Source: Nageia nagi (lineage: Eukaryota > Plantae > Pinophyta). From it: DNA of 64,000 nt. The position numbers and the translations under genes are program-made. Location of the stretch: the NCBI GenBank assembly GCA_050084985.1, contig JBITNC010000002.1, forward strand, positions 10,788,001 to 10,852,000, in the 5' to 3' direction. Numbering within the stretch: position 1 is the stretch's first letter; the number at the start of each line of letters is the position of its first letter. Below are positions 25,482 through 40,150 of this stretch, piece after piece. The notes below the pieces were generated by a model, which was not told the origin of the DNA, made no database searches, and saw only the letters and a list, made by a program, of their open reading frames with translations.

Positions 25482-26029
25482 CGCCCTTGTTTTCTGTCCT
25501 TGGCTTATGGATGGATGGATGATGTTTTTATATCAATTGATATCCAAATCTTGTGTCAAATTGCTAGTAACGAATTTTACCATTGAGATATTTTGAGATT
25601 GTACGAAGCTGAGGCAACGATAATCTAGAAACATGACCGCATCTTATAATGGATAATTTGACGAGTTTAGTAAGGAATGGAGACTAAATGATTAAGGTTT
25701 TCTATTAAGAAAGTCAATGTCCATTGTTGAGGGAAGCATAAAATGAATTTATTAGTCCAGCAGCTTCGCTTTTGACACTTAAATTAAACTCACTTTCTTC
25801 ACTTAAAACAAGATTTTTTTTTTTTTTTGAAAAGATAAAAAAAAATGTATTAAAATGATTTCAAATTACATGTAACTTTTGTTTGTTTTGGCTTTTCATA
25901 AAACTCTAGAAAACCTAACTTTTTGGGAGGAAAGGGATATATTCAATTAGTATCAAATAAATCTATTTTAATTATTATATTATTGTAATCTTTTATTACA
26001 TTTCAAATTTGTAAAGGGTGATTTTTCTT

Positions 26030-26456
26030 TTAAAACGGTTTCATATTTAGTAATAGTGGTTTATGATCTAAAGTTACTCCAGGTAATGATGTTAAATCAC
26101 TATTTTGGTATTCTTCCATCCAATTTGAGGTGGCAAGTATTTTGTCTAACCTTCTTTGAATAAGACTTGTGTCAAATCTTCTATTTGACCAAGTAAATTT
26201 ATTACCCTTTAAGTTTATATCTTCCAAACTTGTTGAGTCTAAGAAAGGTTTTAGATCTTCTATACTAGTTGATAAATTTTTATTTCCTCCAAATTTGTCT
26301 CCTAGATTTAGTGGAGAATTCAAGTTTCCTCTTAAAAGACATAGTTTTTTTGGGAATATTTTTCCTATGATTTATTAATTTTTCTTCTATTACCAAGTAA
26401 GCTTAGGGCATAAATATTTGAAAGGATAAAATATTGTAAATTCAAGTTCTTTGAAG
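26030..26456 (-). mobile_element. L1 LINE apurinic-endonuclease fragment
   Basis: GNLNSPL...DKFGG...LEDINLKGNKFTWSNRR...IQRRLDKILATSNW...DHKPLLL, the canonical plant L1 EN motifs. Confidence 0.85.
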
Positions 26457-26940
26457 TGTTGCTATCTTAGGGTTCATTAGGACATAAAGTATGTGGCATG
26501 GCAAGTGGCATGTGTAAATAGTAGTAGCATAGCTAACTAGATGTACATGAGACAAATTGCTCATGTATTTTAGTGATGGTTTGTAATTCTAAGAGATGAA
26601 TTTTCAAGAAATTAGATTATGAAATATCATCCATTGGAATGTTAGTTGGATTATTATGTGAGCATTTTTTGGATACTTAGAGGATTATGTAATAGAGTTT
26701 GGTTGCAAGCAAGATCTACATTGTATTGCATATTGATGGAGTAAATAAAAGATTTGAATCTCTCTCTTTGGTGCAGTTTTACCCCTCGAGGTTTTCATAT
26801 TACATATTGTTTTTTTAAGTTTATATTCTACAAAATTTTCAAAATTAAAGGTTTCATGTTATTTTATTAATTTGGTGCATAAATTATAGCTTTTATTCTA
26901 GTATTTTTTCTATTTTGCACCTTTAAATGGTATCAAAGCC
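26457..26940 (+). mobile_element. Probable LTR plus tRNA-iMet PBS truncating the L1 fragment
   Basis: Starts TGTTG at 26457; PBS TGGTATCAAAGCC at 26928-26940; LTR 3' end degenerate. Confidence 0.5.
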
Positions 26941-27559
26941 CAAGTTTGGCTAATTGAAGCATAATCCGAGAATAAAAGAATCTAGGTAAGAAGATCCCTA
27001 ATTTTTTCTCCTTCAATTATTGCATTTTTTTATATTGAAATAATTTTTTTATTTCAAATAATTTTTCAATATGTTATTTTTTTGAACAATAATTTTTTAA
27101 ATAAATAAGGTGTTATTTAAAATTTATTATATATATGTGAAATTTCAGATTTTTCAAAATTATAAAATTTCTTTAAATTAGCACATTGTATATTATTTTA
27201 GTAAACTATTTTACATATAAAAAATAGTATTGTGCACTATTTTTTGTGTATATATATATATGTATAAGATATTATTTTCAATCATAGAAAACTATATATC
27301 GCATGCATCACATAAACTCTAAAGACTTTGGAAGCATTACCCATTGATGCACTATTGCTAAAGCCATTAGGGTTACTTCCTCTAATTGCAATATTAGGAA
27401 TTTCTTTTTGTCCTCAAATAATAAAGGAGCCCCTTGACTCTCTCTATGTAGACTTTATACCTCGCACAAGCTTATTGTATTTGACACACTCTCTTTAGTC
27501 CACTTTTTACTCTTACACGCTGAAGCTACACTAGGAGTTGCCAAAAGGGCCCTCCTATA

Positions 27560-28150
27560 CATGATAGTTATAAGGCCCTAGTGGATGGGGACATCAACCT
27601 TCCATTGCTTGATCAATTTTAATGAGTTGCTAAAGAATTCTAAGAGAAAATACATGATGTTGATCCTCTAGTCCCTACCCTAATGAAATTGGTTAAGCAA
27701 GATCATATGAGGGTCAAAGGTAATGGTGAATTGTATATCAAATGTAAGGTATTTAATGACCTAGGTGGCCATCCTATTCCAGGGACTTTGTAATCAATCC
27801 CTAACAAACCCCACATAAACCTTGACCTAGACTTCGCCAATTCCTCACCTTCATTTAGAAAGGCTTCAATTTCATCTTGGGAAACCTTCTCTTTCCTTTT
27901 GAACTTATGGCCCCCTATACTCATTCTTATGGCTTCAATAATGGCATCCGTCGAGAGATCCACCTCCACTTTCCTTATCATGGCTTTATCAAGAGCTAAT
28001 TTAAGATCATACCCACAATAATTTTTCATCAAGTGTTTGATTCTTCCCTTTTTGAGAATCCTTCAACATTCCTTATCGTGTTTTGCCTCCCTATAATTGC
28101 ACAATTCGACCTTACATGCAAAATCCATCTTCTAAGATTCTATAAACCTT
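27560..28150 (-). mobile_element. Retrotransposon accessory-ORF remnant
   Basis: VEVDLSTDAIIEAIRMSIGG...WNRMAT*VIKYLTFD...HMILLNQF; stop-laden, resembles extra ORFs of plant Gypsy elements (recalled pattern only). Confidence 0.35.
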
Positions 28151-29517
28151 TTTACATGTAATATGCTACTAATTTGGCCAAGAAATAGATTTGGTTCCCC
28201 TCATTCATCCTCGAAAAAGATGGTCTAGTTGGCTACTTAATCATGCCAACTAGATCCATCATTCATGTTTATTAAGGTTTTTATAAAAACTAATATTTTA
28301 ATTAAAATATTAATTTATTTATTATTTAAAAAAAGAATATCTATAAATAATATTAAATTATATATTTAAGTTCATTTAAAATAAATTTTTATAATACAAA
28401 ATAAAAATATAACATTAAAATTTGATGTAAAATTTAATATATTATTTTTTCTTATAAAAAATATTTTAATTTGAAGTTGTATTTATTTATTATTTAAAAA
28501 AGTAATATCTATAAAGATTTTAAATTATATATTTAAATTCATTTAAAAAATATTGATATTTAATAATAAAAAATGATATTTTTTTAAATAATTTTTTTAA
28601 TTGGAGGAGGTTTTAAAGGATCTCAAAACCTTAATTATGTCTTAAATATTTTCAATCATGATCAAAATTTTGCACAATAGTGTTGTACAAAAAAATAAAA
28701 GTTGTTCTAAATGCATTTATAAGCAAACCAACTAAACATTAGACAACAAAAATAAAGCATAGGAACTTACATCTCCCATAGCTAGCATTTGAACTCATCG
28801 ATCTTCCCTTGCATTCGAGCAAGGATCATTCGTGTTCTTTCTAGGGATTTGCCCACCATGCCTTCATCTTAAAATCTAAAGTTAGAACTTCTTCCACCGT
28901 GACTTTGTCTTGTTTCAAGAGTTCAAGAGTGTTGTTGCCAAAAATCTCTAAGGTCTTTCATTGTGTCTACCTCATTCATTAGATATTTTTTGCTATGAAA
29001 AGGAATTTCACCACCATGCATGGTGTCCTTCTCGCCCTCAAAGATCTCCATATAGGTCCAAGTAGGTTTCTTTTGAATTCTCTTTAACTTGTCACTCTAC
29101 TACTCATTGGTCACATTGTGGCCTAGACATGCTTAAACAATCATCAAGAACAAGCCTTGGCAGATGGGTGCTCGACTTTTCCCACGTTTGCAATCAATAT
29201 TATCGGGTCAAGAACGAATTCCCTATTTTCATGATTCCCTACTACCAAGCTAACAACATATTTATTTTCATTTTGTTTTAATATCAAATTTCAAATATTT
29301 ATATTCCCTATATACTAATTCATAAAAATTTTAAGCAACACATTCAATTGGAGAGAGAAAAAGATCACAATTTAATTGACCAATTGAATTATTATTCTTG
29401 TAAATAACTTGAACATCAACAAAAATTCAAAGAGAATTCCAAAATCAAATTTTAGTTATTTCAAGAATATAACTCCAATCTTTTGGCTACCTAACACCAT
29501 AACTCCTAACATAGTTT

Positions 29518-30585
29518 AAAATGAAATACAACCCACAAAATATGCAATAAGATAACAACATATATTAATGGGAAATATTAATTATAAATTTACAACTAAA
29601 AAATAGTAATATTAATAACAAATTTTAGCTTTTAATAAATAAATAAAAAATAATGTAAATAACTTCTCATCAAAAGAGTTACATATCAATAAAGAAAATC
29701 ATTTATTATAATAACTTTAATTTGTCATTAATTTTTGGATTGTGTTAAATAGAAACACTTTCTAATTAAATTCTTACATAAAATGTACAAACTTAAATAA
29801 ATTTTTATCACATCAATTAATTCAAGAAGTGTGTAACATGTTACTAAATTTATATTAAAACTTATATTACAAAATGAAATACAACCCACAAACTATGCAA
29901 TAAGATAACAACATATATTAATGGAAAATATTAATTATAAATTTACAACTACAAAAATGTAATATTAATAACAAATTTTAGCTTTTAACAAATAAATAAA
30001 AAATAATGTAAATAACTTCTCATCAAAAAAGTTACATATCAATAAAGAAAATCATTTATTATAATAACTTTAATTTGTCATTAATTTATGGATTGTGTTA
30101 GATAGAATCACTTTCTAATTAAATTCTTACATACAATGTACAAACATAAATTTTTATCACATCAATTAATTCAAGAGGTGTGTAACATGTTACTACATTT
30201 ATATTAAAACTTATATTACAAAATGAAATACAACCCACAAAATATGCAATTAGATAACAACATATATTAATGGGAAATATTAATCATAAATTTACAACTA
30301 CAAAATTATAATATTAATAACAAATTTTAGCTTTTAATAAATAAATAAAAAATAATGTAAATAACTTCTCATCAAAAGAGTTACATATCAATAAAGAAAA
30401 TCATTTATTATAATAACTTTAATTTGTCATTAATTTCTGGATTGTGTTAAATAGAAACACTTCCTATTTAAATTCTTACATACAATGTACAAACTTACAT
30501 AAATTTTAACTAAGTTCTTATCACATCAATTAATTCAATAAATGTGCAACATGTTACTACATTTATATTAAAACTTATATTACAA
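29518..30585. repeat. AT-rich tandem repeat, 3 x ~350 bp
   Basis: Units start AAATGAAATACAACCCACAAA at ~29518, ~29872 and ~30221; copies highly similar. Confidence 0.93.
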
Positions 30586-31589
30586 AGAACACTTAAAAAT
30601 ATTTTTCTTATTTTATATAACCCTAAATGTATATCAAAATCAAATATAATTTGCACCAATTCTCAAGAAATAAAAAATAATTGCAACAAAAATAAAAATA
30701 ACTAATATCCTATATAAAAATATTTGCAATATTAATTCAAAATTGATATTAATATTTTTACATTATTACATATTACAAAACCTTTTCCAAATGAAGTATT
30801 AAATATCTTGTTTATAAATTTCTCAATGTGAAATTCTTTTAGCAAAGATGAGATGACTTAAAACTTGTATCAAATCTTCCATGAAAAAGGTTTAAAATAT
30901 AAATTTCTACTATAAATTATAGTTACATTCCTCTCTTTTTCAATTGAATTCTACAAGATAATATAAATTCCCGAAAAACAAACAATAAAAAAAATTAATC
31001 ATCTTTCAATATAAGCAATAAGCATTAATACCCTACCTTCTTTTAAGTTAATAAAAATATATTGATATTTCAATCATACTATAAATTGCATATAAAATAC
31101 TCATCTAATAAACTTTAATGTATTTAAATCAAATGTCTAATACAAGAAGAAAAATATTTAACTTGTTAGAACAATCCTGATAATTCATTAAAGAGCATGG
31201 ATTCAAAATTTAATAATATACATATTTGATTATTAAAAATATATATCATATCGTAGATATTTTACATTACAAAGCACTTACCTTTGCTTTCCATTTTTAA
31301 TGCATAATATCAAAAATATATCGTATTAGGTAAATATTACCATTACAAACTAGCTTTCATCCAAGCATTAATTTATATAAGCACTTGTATAAAGTGTATA
31401 TTTTATACAAGCTTATATAAACGAAAATTAAAATTTACAGCTACCAAGAAAATTAAATAAAAGAACTGCCATTACTGAATATGCGCAGATCTAGAATCCA
31501 CCTGAGCTCTGAATGTCATGCAATGGATTCGAAGCTTTGGAGGATAAAAGCCAGAGAATAAGAACCATTAAGGTTCATTCGAAGAAATA

Positions 31590-31671
31590 TTACAGGACTA
31601 CGCTTTCCGATTTTGCAACAGCCTCACTTGATTTTTGGCTTGCTTCTCTTTCAGCTCTCTTTTTCTTTTCC
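31590..31671 (-). CDS. THF1: THYLAKOID FORMATION1 (Psb29) exon 5
   Basis: Acceptor TTTGCAG; (R)EKKKRAEREASQKSSEAVAKSESVVL*; phase 2 consistent with exon 4. Confidence 0.9.
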
Positions 31672-32354
31672 CTGCAAAGTCAATCCAAATGTACGATGTT
31701 AATTTAAATACCCTTTATGCCTGTTGAAATGCTACTCTGATTTTGGACCAACCGTATCCATGGTTTATTTGAAGAACAAGCGTAACAAATTGATGCAGGA
31801 AGGTCCAGCAATAAAAAATGTTACAGAATCTTCAGCCTAACTTCCAAGTTGGTCACTTGATTATGGTTGTTGGAGTGTGAAATTGGTCCTCTAATCCACC
31901 ATTTTGGTTAGTGTAGAATATCAGATACACACATTAATATTTCATCCTTTTGAAAATGCCTATATGTAGTATTCTCACTTGAACACTATCACTTAATTGT
32001 TGCATCCTCTTGTTTTCTTTTTGAACATTAACTTTCACATAGTGACTGAGTTTCTTAAAGTTCATTATATCACAATGAGTATCATACTTCATGAAAACAT
32101 CCTTTAATGCATCCCCAAGTGCTTTTTGACTCCTTGCATAATATGAGACTTGCTATATCTCAGAGAAAACTAACCTAATGGAAAGGCGGACTGGTATTAC
32201 TGTGAACATCCAAGAATGAATCCATACTATTCTATATCATGTACTTAAGCCAAGAAACTTGTAAATACCACTCTATGTAGCAGTATATTGCATGAAGTCA
32301 AAAATTATGCATGCATCAAACCATCATAAAAACACAGCAATATATGCTTTGTAC

Positions 32355-32470
32355 CTTTCAATATACTCCTTCAAAAGCTCCTTTGACTGGACCAACTTTG
32401 AAAGGATGTTGCGGTAAGTATCGAGGTCTCTGTCCACACTGGGCTTGCTTACATTGAGGGCTTGACATAG
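32355..32470 (-). CDS. THF1: THF1 exon 4
   Basis: LCQALNVSKPSVDRDLDTYRNILSKLVQSKELLKEYIER; AG/GT sites; not in the ORF track. Confidence 0.92.
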
Positions 32471-33614
32471 CTGCCAAATATTTCGACTCATGAGGTAAGA
32501 TTTGAACTTTTTACGAAGAAATTTGATATGAATGCTTATAAGAAAGATTTCTTCATTGAAATAAACCTACAATGCAACTATACTGAGACTTATGTCAAAG
32601 GAGTTGAATTGTGGAAGAGTACCTGCTCAAAAGGCTAATATTATAGAAGGTAAACCATTTATATGCTAAAAGAATGTAAGTTAAATCAAATACAGATGAT
32701 GTCTAGTAATTGGAAAATTGATCAAAATAGCTAGTCAAAGGAGGATAATGTTTTCACAAAAGGAATAGTAAGCAGCAAGATGATAATTTAGCTATGAAAA
32801 GAAAAAAATGTGTGCACCAAGTTCAAAACTTAGAAAGGAATTCAGAAATGCAAACGGAATTTTGAGTTCGAAGAAAATAGAAAAATATCTATTGTTGCAA
32901 ACAAATATTTCAGAATTGTAAATAGCATGGATTTTGTTTGAAGGAATTTGGTTTTCTAGAAGCAATTAAACAGGAATTTTTACCAAAGGAAAACTTTGTG
33001 TATCAAAACTACCTATGAACTAACAAGCAATCATTTCTCATCAATTTTCAGGAACATACAAATCAAAATGAAGAGAGCTCACTTTTGATGCCCTCTATCT
33101 AATTTTTCAAATCAGAATGATGCCAGAAAGAAAAGAACAAAATAAATGCTACAATAACCCTAGAGCTGTAATTTGTTGATAAAATCTGCCAGAATACATC
33201 AATAGAATAATAATAATATCGAACTAACTAGAAGTGAAGCATCTGATACTTTTGAAACAGATTTTTTTCTTTTGACCAATTCAAAGATGAATGCATGCTT
33301 GAGACATTTTGCAATTGTGCTTAGAAAATCTTGAATGGTAGTGTAACTAGTACTGACCCCTCACTAAATCTAAAAATGATACACTTTTTAAGTATTTATA
33401 TGACTTTCATTTTCTATAAATTACAGAGTTGCAAATCTACAAAGAAAGTTGCAGATCTACAGGAATGATGAGGGTTATCTTCTTTTGAATGCAGTTTGCA
33501 TTAAGTCAAATGCAATTGAAACTCCAAGTAACATTTATTTCATCTTTTATTTCTTTTTCAAGTTTCTTAAAATGTGATTGATTTTTGATTTAGTATTTTT
33601 TCATTTATTTTTAA

Positions 33615-34360
33615 TTGTATGGTGAGGGTCCTTTGGCGCTAAAGCGCCTCTCCTCCAACAATTGGTAGTCTGAATTTTGTCTCAACCTTGCAATTTTACT
33701 AGGTGTGAACACAATTGGAGTACGTTTGAGAACATCCACTCCAAAAGGTGCAATAGATTGGCTCAAGAGCAACTGAACAACTTGGTGTATGTGTATTACA
33801 ATCTCATGCTCCGTCATAGACAAATAGATGGAGTCGATCATAATGTGATGAATTTGGAGGAGATTGATCCTTCTTCTGAATGGCTCATAGAACTTGAAAG
33901 TCAATTTATAACCAAGAGAAAGTGGATATAGTACATATTGAGAGAGAGATAGTACATGAATATGGAGCAATGGAAGAATCACCAATGATGGCACAAACAT
34001 CCACAACAATAGCAAAGGGAAAGGAGAAAAAGAGGGCACATCCTTGATGTGTTTGTAATGAACACTTTGCTGTGTATTTTGATGACAAAAAGTTAAAAAC
34101 ACTAAAATATGCTGCATTTTTTTGTCTTGTTTTTTACGGTATAATTGTTGAATAATTTGCCACATTTTGTAATAAACAATTTGTTATGTATTTTGATGAT
34201 AAAAACACTATGTATTTTTCATATTTAATGCAAAATATACATTGCACTTTATCTAAAATCATTTTTTTGTCGAATAATTTTCTGCATAATTGTTGAATCA
34301 CCAAATATTCTCAGCTTGAACACAAGCAAATATTGGTTGAATCAACTTTTTCGAACCATG
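33615..34360 (+). mobile_element. hAT transposase C-terminal dimerization-domain remnant with probable 3' end (THF1 intron 3)
   Basis: ILSQPCNFTRCEHNWSTFENIHSKRCNRLAQEQLNNLVYVYYNL...EWLIE; hAT-like terminus ...TTCGAACCATG near 34360; left end not found. Confidence 0.8.
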
Positions 34361-34399
34361 CTCATTATACAATGGCACAAACTCACTTTAGGATAATCT

Positions 34400-35400
34400 G
34401 AATTCCCATGCTGTTCACAAAAGCTGATTACACATGCAAGCTCCAAAAGTGAACATTGGGAACCCCAAAGGGGACTCCTGTTGGCGTCAGAAAGTAGTTG
34501 AAGAAGAAGTGGATGCAGAAGGCCAAGGTTTGGTCCAACCAGAAGGAGCTAACTCTCTAATCAAATCCTGGCAATTCCTGATGATAGCCCATTTACCTAG
34601 CTTTCTAGCATCCTAAACTTCCTTCCTGACATAAGAGAGTTCCTGGGATTGCATCTAGGTGAGGTCCTCATCAATGAAGATAAAATCAGAGAGGGAGGGG
34701 AGGATCTTCTTTGCTCTCAAAATGGAGAGTCAATGTTAAATCGAAGAAACAGCAACATAGAGACAAGAAGGCTGTAAACGAACAGACCCAAACAGCAAGT
34801 TCTTCAGTGAAAAAAGAATTCCGCACAGATGGGAAAGATGGGGGTGCCAAGAATTCAAGAGAGCAGCTGACACGAGGCAAGGATGCTGTGAGATGAAAGG
34901 CGAGGACACTGTGAAGGTCATGTTCTTTGAAGGAAAATGTTCTTTTGTCTTTACTTCATGAAGCAAACAAAGGCAACATATCTTATCATTCTTGACAATA
35001 TCGTGGTTTGTTTCTACTTGCAATTGGTGGTAGCATGCTCAAGTTGGTACATAGTTTGTCACTTAGGATGATTGATGATGCCATCCTCAATATGAAAGAA
35101 ATGATGGGAATAGAAAGCCATTTTGAGGCTGATAAGGGGTTGGGTGGAGAAGTCCATGTAACTTGAATTTTTTGTTAAGATATTTTCTTTGATTGCTTCA
35201 TTAATTAGCTTCTTATCAGTAACAGGTGAGGAGGAGCATTTAGTGAGTGTTTGAAAGGAGTCAGTTGATCTACAGAAAAACCATTTGAGTAAATAAGAAA
35301 GATTCATGGGCTATAGCACATTGGGCAGATAGATATACCATTACATAGTTATTTGCTCATTAGAGTGTGTTGCCTCGAGGAGCCAAGATGAATGATCATT
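34400..35400 (-). mobile_element. Possible L1 ORF1 remnant
   Basis: MDFSTQPL followed by a Cys/His cluster (ICCLCLLH) resembling the L1 ORF1 zinc knuckle; weak. Confidence 0.3.
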
Positions 35401-35973
35401 CTAAAGATGCTCTCAAGATAAAGAGTGTGAGCAAAAAACATTGGACTGAATAATACTTCTCCAATAAAGGAAACAATATAAGCAACCAGCAATCTTAAAT
35501 GTTCACATTAATCCAAGAAGTGAAGTGGAATCTTTCTCATCAGTAGACAGTCTAATTGAGCGTTGGTTGGCAGACAAAAAATTAATGCAAATTTATTCTT
35601 CCGAATGAAGCCTATGCCATCATCAGACAAAATGTATTTGGCTAAAGAAACAACATATACATGTGTATACAATATAAGGAGCTTAGAATGTAGAAAGATC
35701 AGTTGTAAAACGAGTTTGAACCATCATTTATTTTCATAGTTAAAAAACTAAACAATGCAACACATTGTGTTCAATGATTTGCCTGATTATCACACTAATG
35801 TTGAAAGAAACAAACTAACAAATTTAAGTTTTAAGCTTAATCGATAGGTTACTCCTGTAACTATTTCCACGTAGACAAGAACCATGGTCATGGAAACAAA
35901 ATGTACAAAGACATTAAAATCGTAAACAGTCGTGCACTTAAACCTAATTAATCAAAAGCAAAAAATGTCCTAC

Positions 35974-36190
35974 CTTGTCCAAGACAGCTGGTTCTGTGGC
36001 ATTTGCTCGTTCAAGTAATCGGAACAATCCAATGGCAAAGAAACGACTATAGTTGAAATTTGTCTTTTCCTTTGCTCGTTCTGAAATGTCTTTCAATATC
36101 CCCTCAACCTCACCATCTCTAGACTGAAACTCAACAATAGAATTTGAATTTTGTGAACTGGCCCATTCTTCCATCTTTTTAGCATCATTC
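35974..36190 (-). CDS. THF1: THF1 exon 3
   Basis: NDAKKMEEWASSQ...GEVEGILKDISERAK...FNYSRFFAIGLFRLLE.ANATEPAVLDK; AG/GT sites. Confidence 0.93.
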
Positions 36191-36729
36191 CTGTAACGCT
36201 AATTCACTGAAATATGTCAAAGTCAAGATAATGTTCCTTCAACCCAAAGGAATATATGCAAATCAGGCTGCAGGCGTTTGGCATCTATCATTTAAAAATA
36301 TGCGTTTGAAAGAATGAGTTTAATAACAGATAATTTGCTAAGAAACCAAACATGCATCACAAGAAAACTACTGAGACCTAAGTAGTAGAATTAATAATAA
36401 GACTTATATTTCTAAGCAGGAAGAGGATTTAGCAATTAATTAGTTGTCAAATTCAAAAAAAAAATAACATTGCATATTGCTGAGTGAAAGATTTTCAGGA
36501 AAAAGGTTGTCAAGGAATCCAAGACAACAGAAAATTATCCCAAAACGAGACAATATCATAAGAGAAAAGAGTCCACTGTTGTACAGCTATTCACTTTTAT
36601 TTCTGATTAAAATATAAACCAGGAGCACAACTTTGAACTATATACAGGTAGTTTCTAAGATGCTATCCAGGTAATATAAGGACTTCGTGTGACTAATTTG
36701 AGTCACTTTCAATGGATATTGAAACACAG

Positions 36730-39700
36730 TGTCACGAATCTCAAATGTAGCCTGAGTACAACACATATCAGATCATTCAGCTATGATCTTTTCAGACTTA
36801 TCTCACCCTAACCAACTTCTTTCAAGACCAGGATTGTAACCCTCTCTCAGATCTAGTCTCCTCTCTTGACTTTTAACAATAAGATCTACCGGTTTATTGT
36901 AATAGAACACTTACTCTCTATTTGAATTAAGATTTTGATCAATTTGCCAAAAAGACTAATATGAAACTTACTTAGATCAGTCCTTATATCCTAATATCAA
37001 CAGTGGACCACAACATTGTCAAACTATCAATTTACTTCAAGCATTAATAGCATCAACTAGATTAAAAATAACCGCAAGACACAACAATACTGATAAACTA
37101 TGAATTTACCTCGAGTAATAACATCATTCATTGGGCATGGAGTCAAAGAAAGAACAACAAAGGAAATAATATCACTAGTACCCTTTTCAAATAATGTAAC
37201 CGAGCACTCACAGTAATAATGTAACCGAGCGCTCACAGTAATATGAGGAAATGCACGCTAGCAGGAATAAAATAATGCAGTACTCCTAAGGCAAAATACA
37301 AAATGACATACATTCACATAAGACACCAAAGAATTGAGCAAAAGAACAAAGCCTTGAATTGGTTTTCAAAAAATATTTTACACAAAAATTGAAATGTGCA
37401 GTGTATAAATCTTCCTTGTTTCAATTACGACCTCCTCTCTACAATTTATGTAAGAGAGGTAAGAAACTTACTAGCTAATCTTTAGTGGTCCCAACTAGAA
37501 CACAGGCTCTGGAAATGATCTTGGCTATCTGAACTAATCGGATTTCCTACAGATGAAATGACATAAACATAAGATGAAGATAGACACACAGGAAATGACA
37601 GAGAAAAATGGACACAAAGGGAATAAGCATCAATACCTCTAAGGCTCAACAAAAAGTGGAATGGCAAAAGATCTTGAACTTGTTTCTTCTTCACTACTAG
37701 TAAGTTCCTTGTTACAGATGAACGTGCTTTCTGGCTAGCATGATGCTTTTCTGACAAACAAACTATTTCGTCTGACATCTTCAAATTGATTTCCATACAT
37801 CTTTTGTTATTATGATGGGTCCTTATGGTTAGCCTATGCTATGTTTAAGCTGTTGTGTAAAGTAACTCACCCAGTTTTTGCCACTTGTTTGCATTTTGTT
37901 GGGGATTATTTCTATTTCAAAACGCATAGTAACTACCTTGACTAATTATTTATCAAACATAACATTTCTTCAGTCAGTCTTAAGTACCGATTCATACCTC
38001 ATTTTCTATTTATGAGGTGTTGAAACTTGACTTGGTGTAGAAGTAGAGGGGCCAACAGCCACCAAATCTAGCTGTCGTGATCCATGAGATTGAGAAAACT
38101 ATTCCGAACAAGGATCCCTTGATATCCTTTCCAGCAGATATAGCAGGTTTGAAGTCTTCTCAATGAATTCATCGACTGCACTTTTGTTCTTACACACAAT
38201 TTTGTTTGTGGGATCCTCAATCAGAATTGGAAGCATTATTTCTGCATTCATTGGAAACAGCTCATAACTTTCTTTTCTCGAAACTCTCAGCTCCTGTGAA
38301 TAATCTCCAATTGCTTGTAACTCAGTATAGAACCTGACTCTCTCTGGATATTTATCCCATACTGCCTGTGTCGTTCCTCCTCTTTTGAAAGTATCACTTA
38401 ATTCATCTTCAAAATAAGTTGGCGCATGATAAATGGTGAGGTACGTACCTGCTTCTTCCATTAGTTCTTGTGACCTCTAAAAGGATCATATGGCCTCCAC
38501 ATCACTTTGGGCAAACAAATTCTTCTATGTCCTCAAGGTTGCTCAACGTGGACTGATAACAATTATACAGGACCAAACTTGCAAGGTGGTACCAACCAGG
38601 GGATTTTCTCCATTTTTCTGATGAGTTTAATTATGGCATCCTCTATTATTTATTTTACTATTTCTAGTGCAATCAAAGAGAAAGGTGCAACTGTCAGGAA
38701 AGCTTTTGGTGGCAGTTTGGAACCATAAACTCTGATGAGAGAGAAATCTTCAGTTACGAAATAATCCCCTACATGGTTTTCCATCAAGAGATCATTCAAG
38801 GGATCATTTAACCGATGAGGGGGTTCTCCAAACAGGCCACTGTACAAAGTTGAATTAACATTTTTGTAAAATTTTCCTTTGTTATTTGGTTCTTGATCTT
38901 CATGAATCATGAGCAGCTTCTCTTGAATAAATTCGGTTTGTTCCCCTCCAAGCATGTAAAGTATTTGATTATCTAGTTGTCCCATTATATAATGCATGGA
39001 AATTGAGTAATACGAAAAGCGTGACATCATATTGTAAATCCATTCTATTGCTATTTTCAATGCAGTTATTTCTTCATGAATTTTGGACCAAATAAATGTT
39101 GGCCAGCCATATACATTGATGTGCCCATATTTGCTATTCTAACAGACAAGATACAAGGCTTCTCTTGAAATTGTGTCGAAATCTGACTCACCTAAGACAA
39201 TCTTTATATCATGTCTACAAAGCCTATTACCTAGTTTTTAACTATGATATTTCTGATTGGGAATTTACTTGTGAAGAGTTCATCACTTTTTAACTGGGTT
39301 TGATATACAGGCAATGTGATAAGTTGCTTGGAGATTTGCACCAATTCTTTAATTTCTACCCTCACTGAGCTAGGGTACAAGCCTGCCTGCAAATTCCTAA
39401 TAGGGACCCAACTTTCTTCTGCTATATATCTCCATTTTTGTATTCACAGCTATGCCTGTATGGGTTGGAACTTTTCTATCGCTTGATTCAACTTAAAAAC
39501 AATTGAATTCTTAAGCAGAGAATATGGCCAAGGGGAATGTCGTGGATTACTCTTATGGGAAAGTATTTACAAGAAGCATGTCGAATTTATGTGTAACTCA
39601 ACAGCAGGCCCCACTCGACGGAAATAAATCAGCGAAGATTGCAGGACATATACTAGACAATGGCAACCAAGTGGTAGCTTCCGCTTGATATAAATTAAAA

Positions 39701-40150
39701 TCAAGTGGAAGCTGGCGGAGGAAACTCAGAAGACACATGGCTTTTAGCGGAAGCTTCCATTTGAAGGGCAAAACGTTGGTAGAAGTCGGCGGAACGTCCA
39801 AGAAGAATATTTTGTTACTGTTGATTTCACTAGTCCCACCTTATGGCAAAATCAAGTCCGGTGACATTTGAAAAGGAATGTGTTGTGAGTACCAGGATGT
39901 AATTCAAACTCTTATTATACCACAAAGAATAATTTGAACAAACATTAGCTCAGCTATAATGGAGTCGGCACCAGGCTATGAGGACTAGTAAAATCTACTA
40001 TCCCCTTTCCTATTTTTTTATGATGAATATGAAAATTCCTTGAGGATTTTTGCAAAAAATTAAGGGTATAGTTGGACAGCCCAACAGGACCATAAACACC
40101 TAAAGGAAAATTTAAAGAGAAAATAATTCTATCAACTAATGAAAGAAGCA
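36730..40150. mobile_element. Retroelement-derived insertion with fragmented minus-strand accessory ORF (~38100-39500) in THF1 intron 2
   Basis: TGTCAC-type start at 36730; broken ORF with VGDYFVTEDFSLIRVYGSKLPP...IALEIVK and WPTFIWSKIHEEI; boundaries uncertain. Confidence 0.45.

Noticed and set aside
32815-34360. Complete hAT element with left end near 32817
   Set aside because: The candidate TIR is weak and the flanks give no 8-bp TSD; only the 3' remnant is reported.
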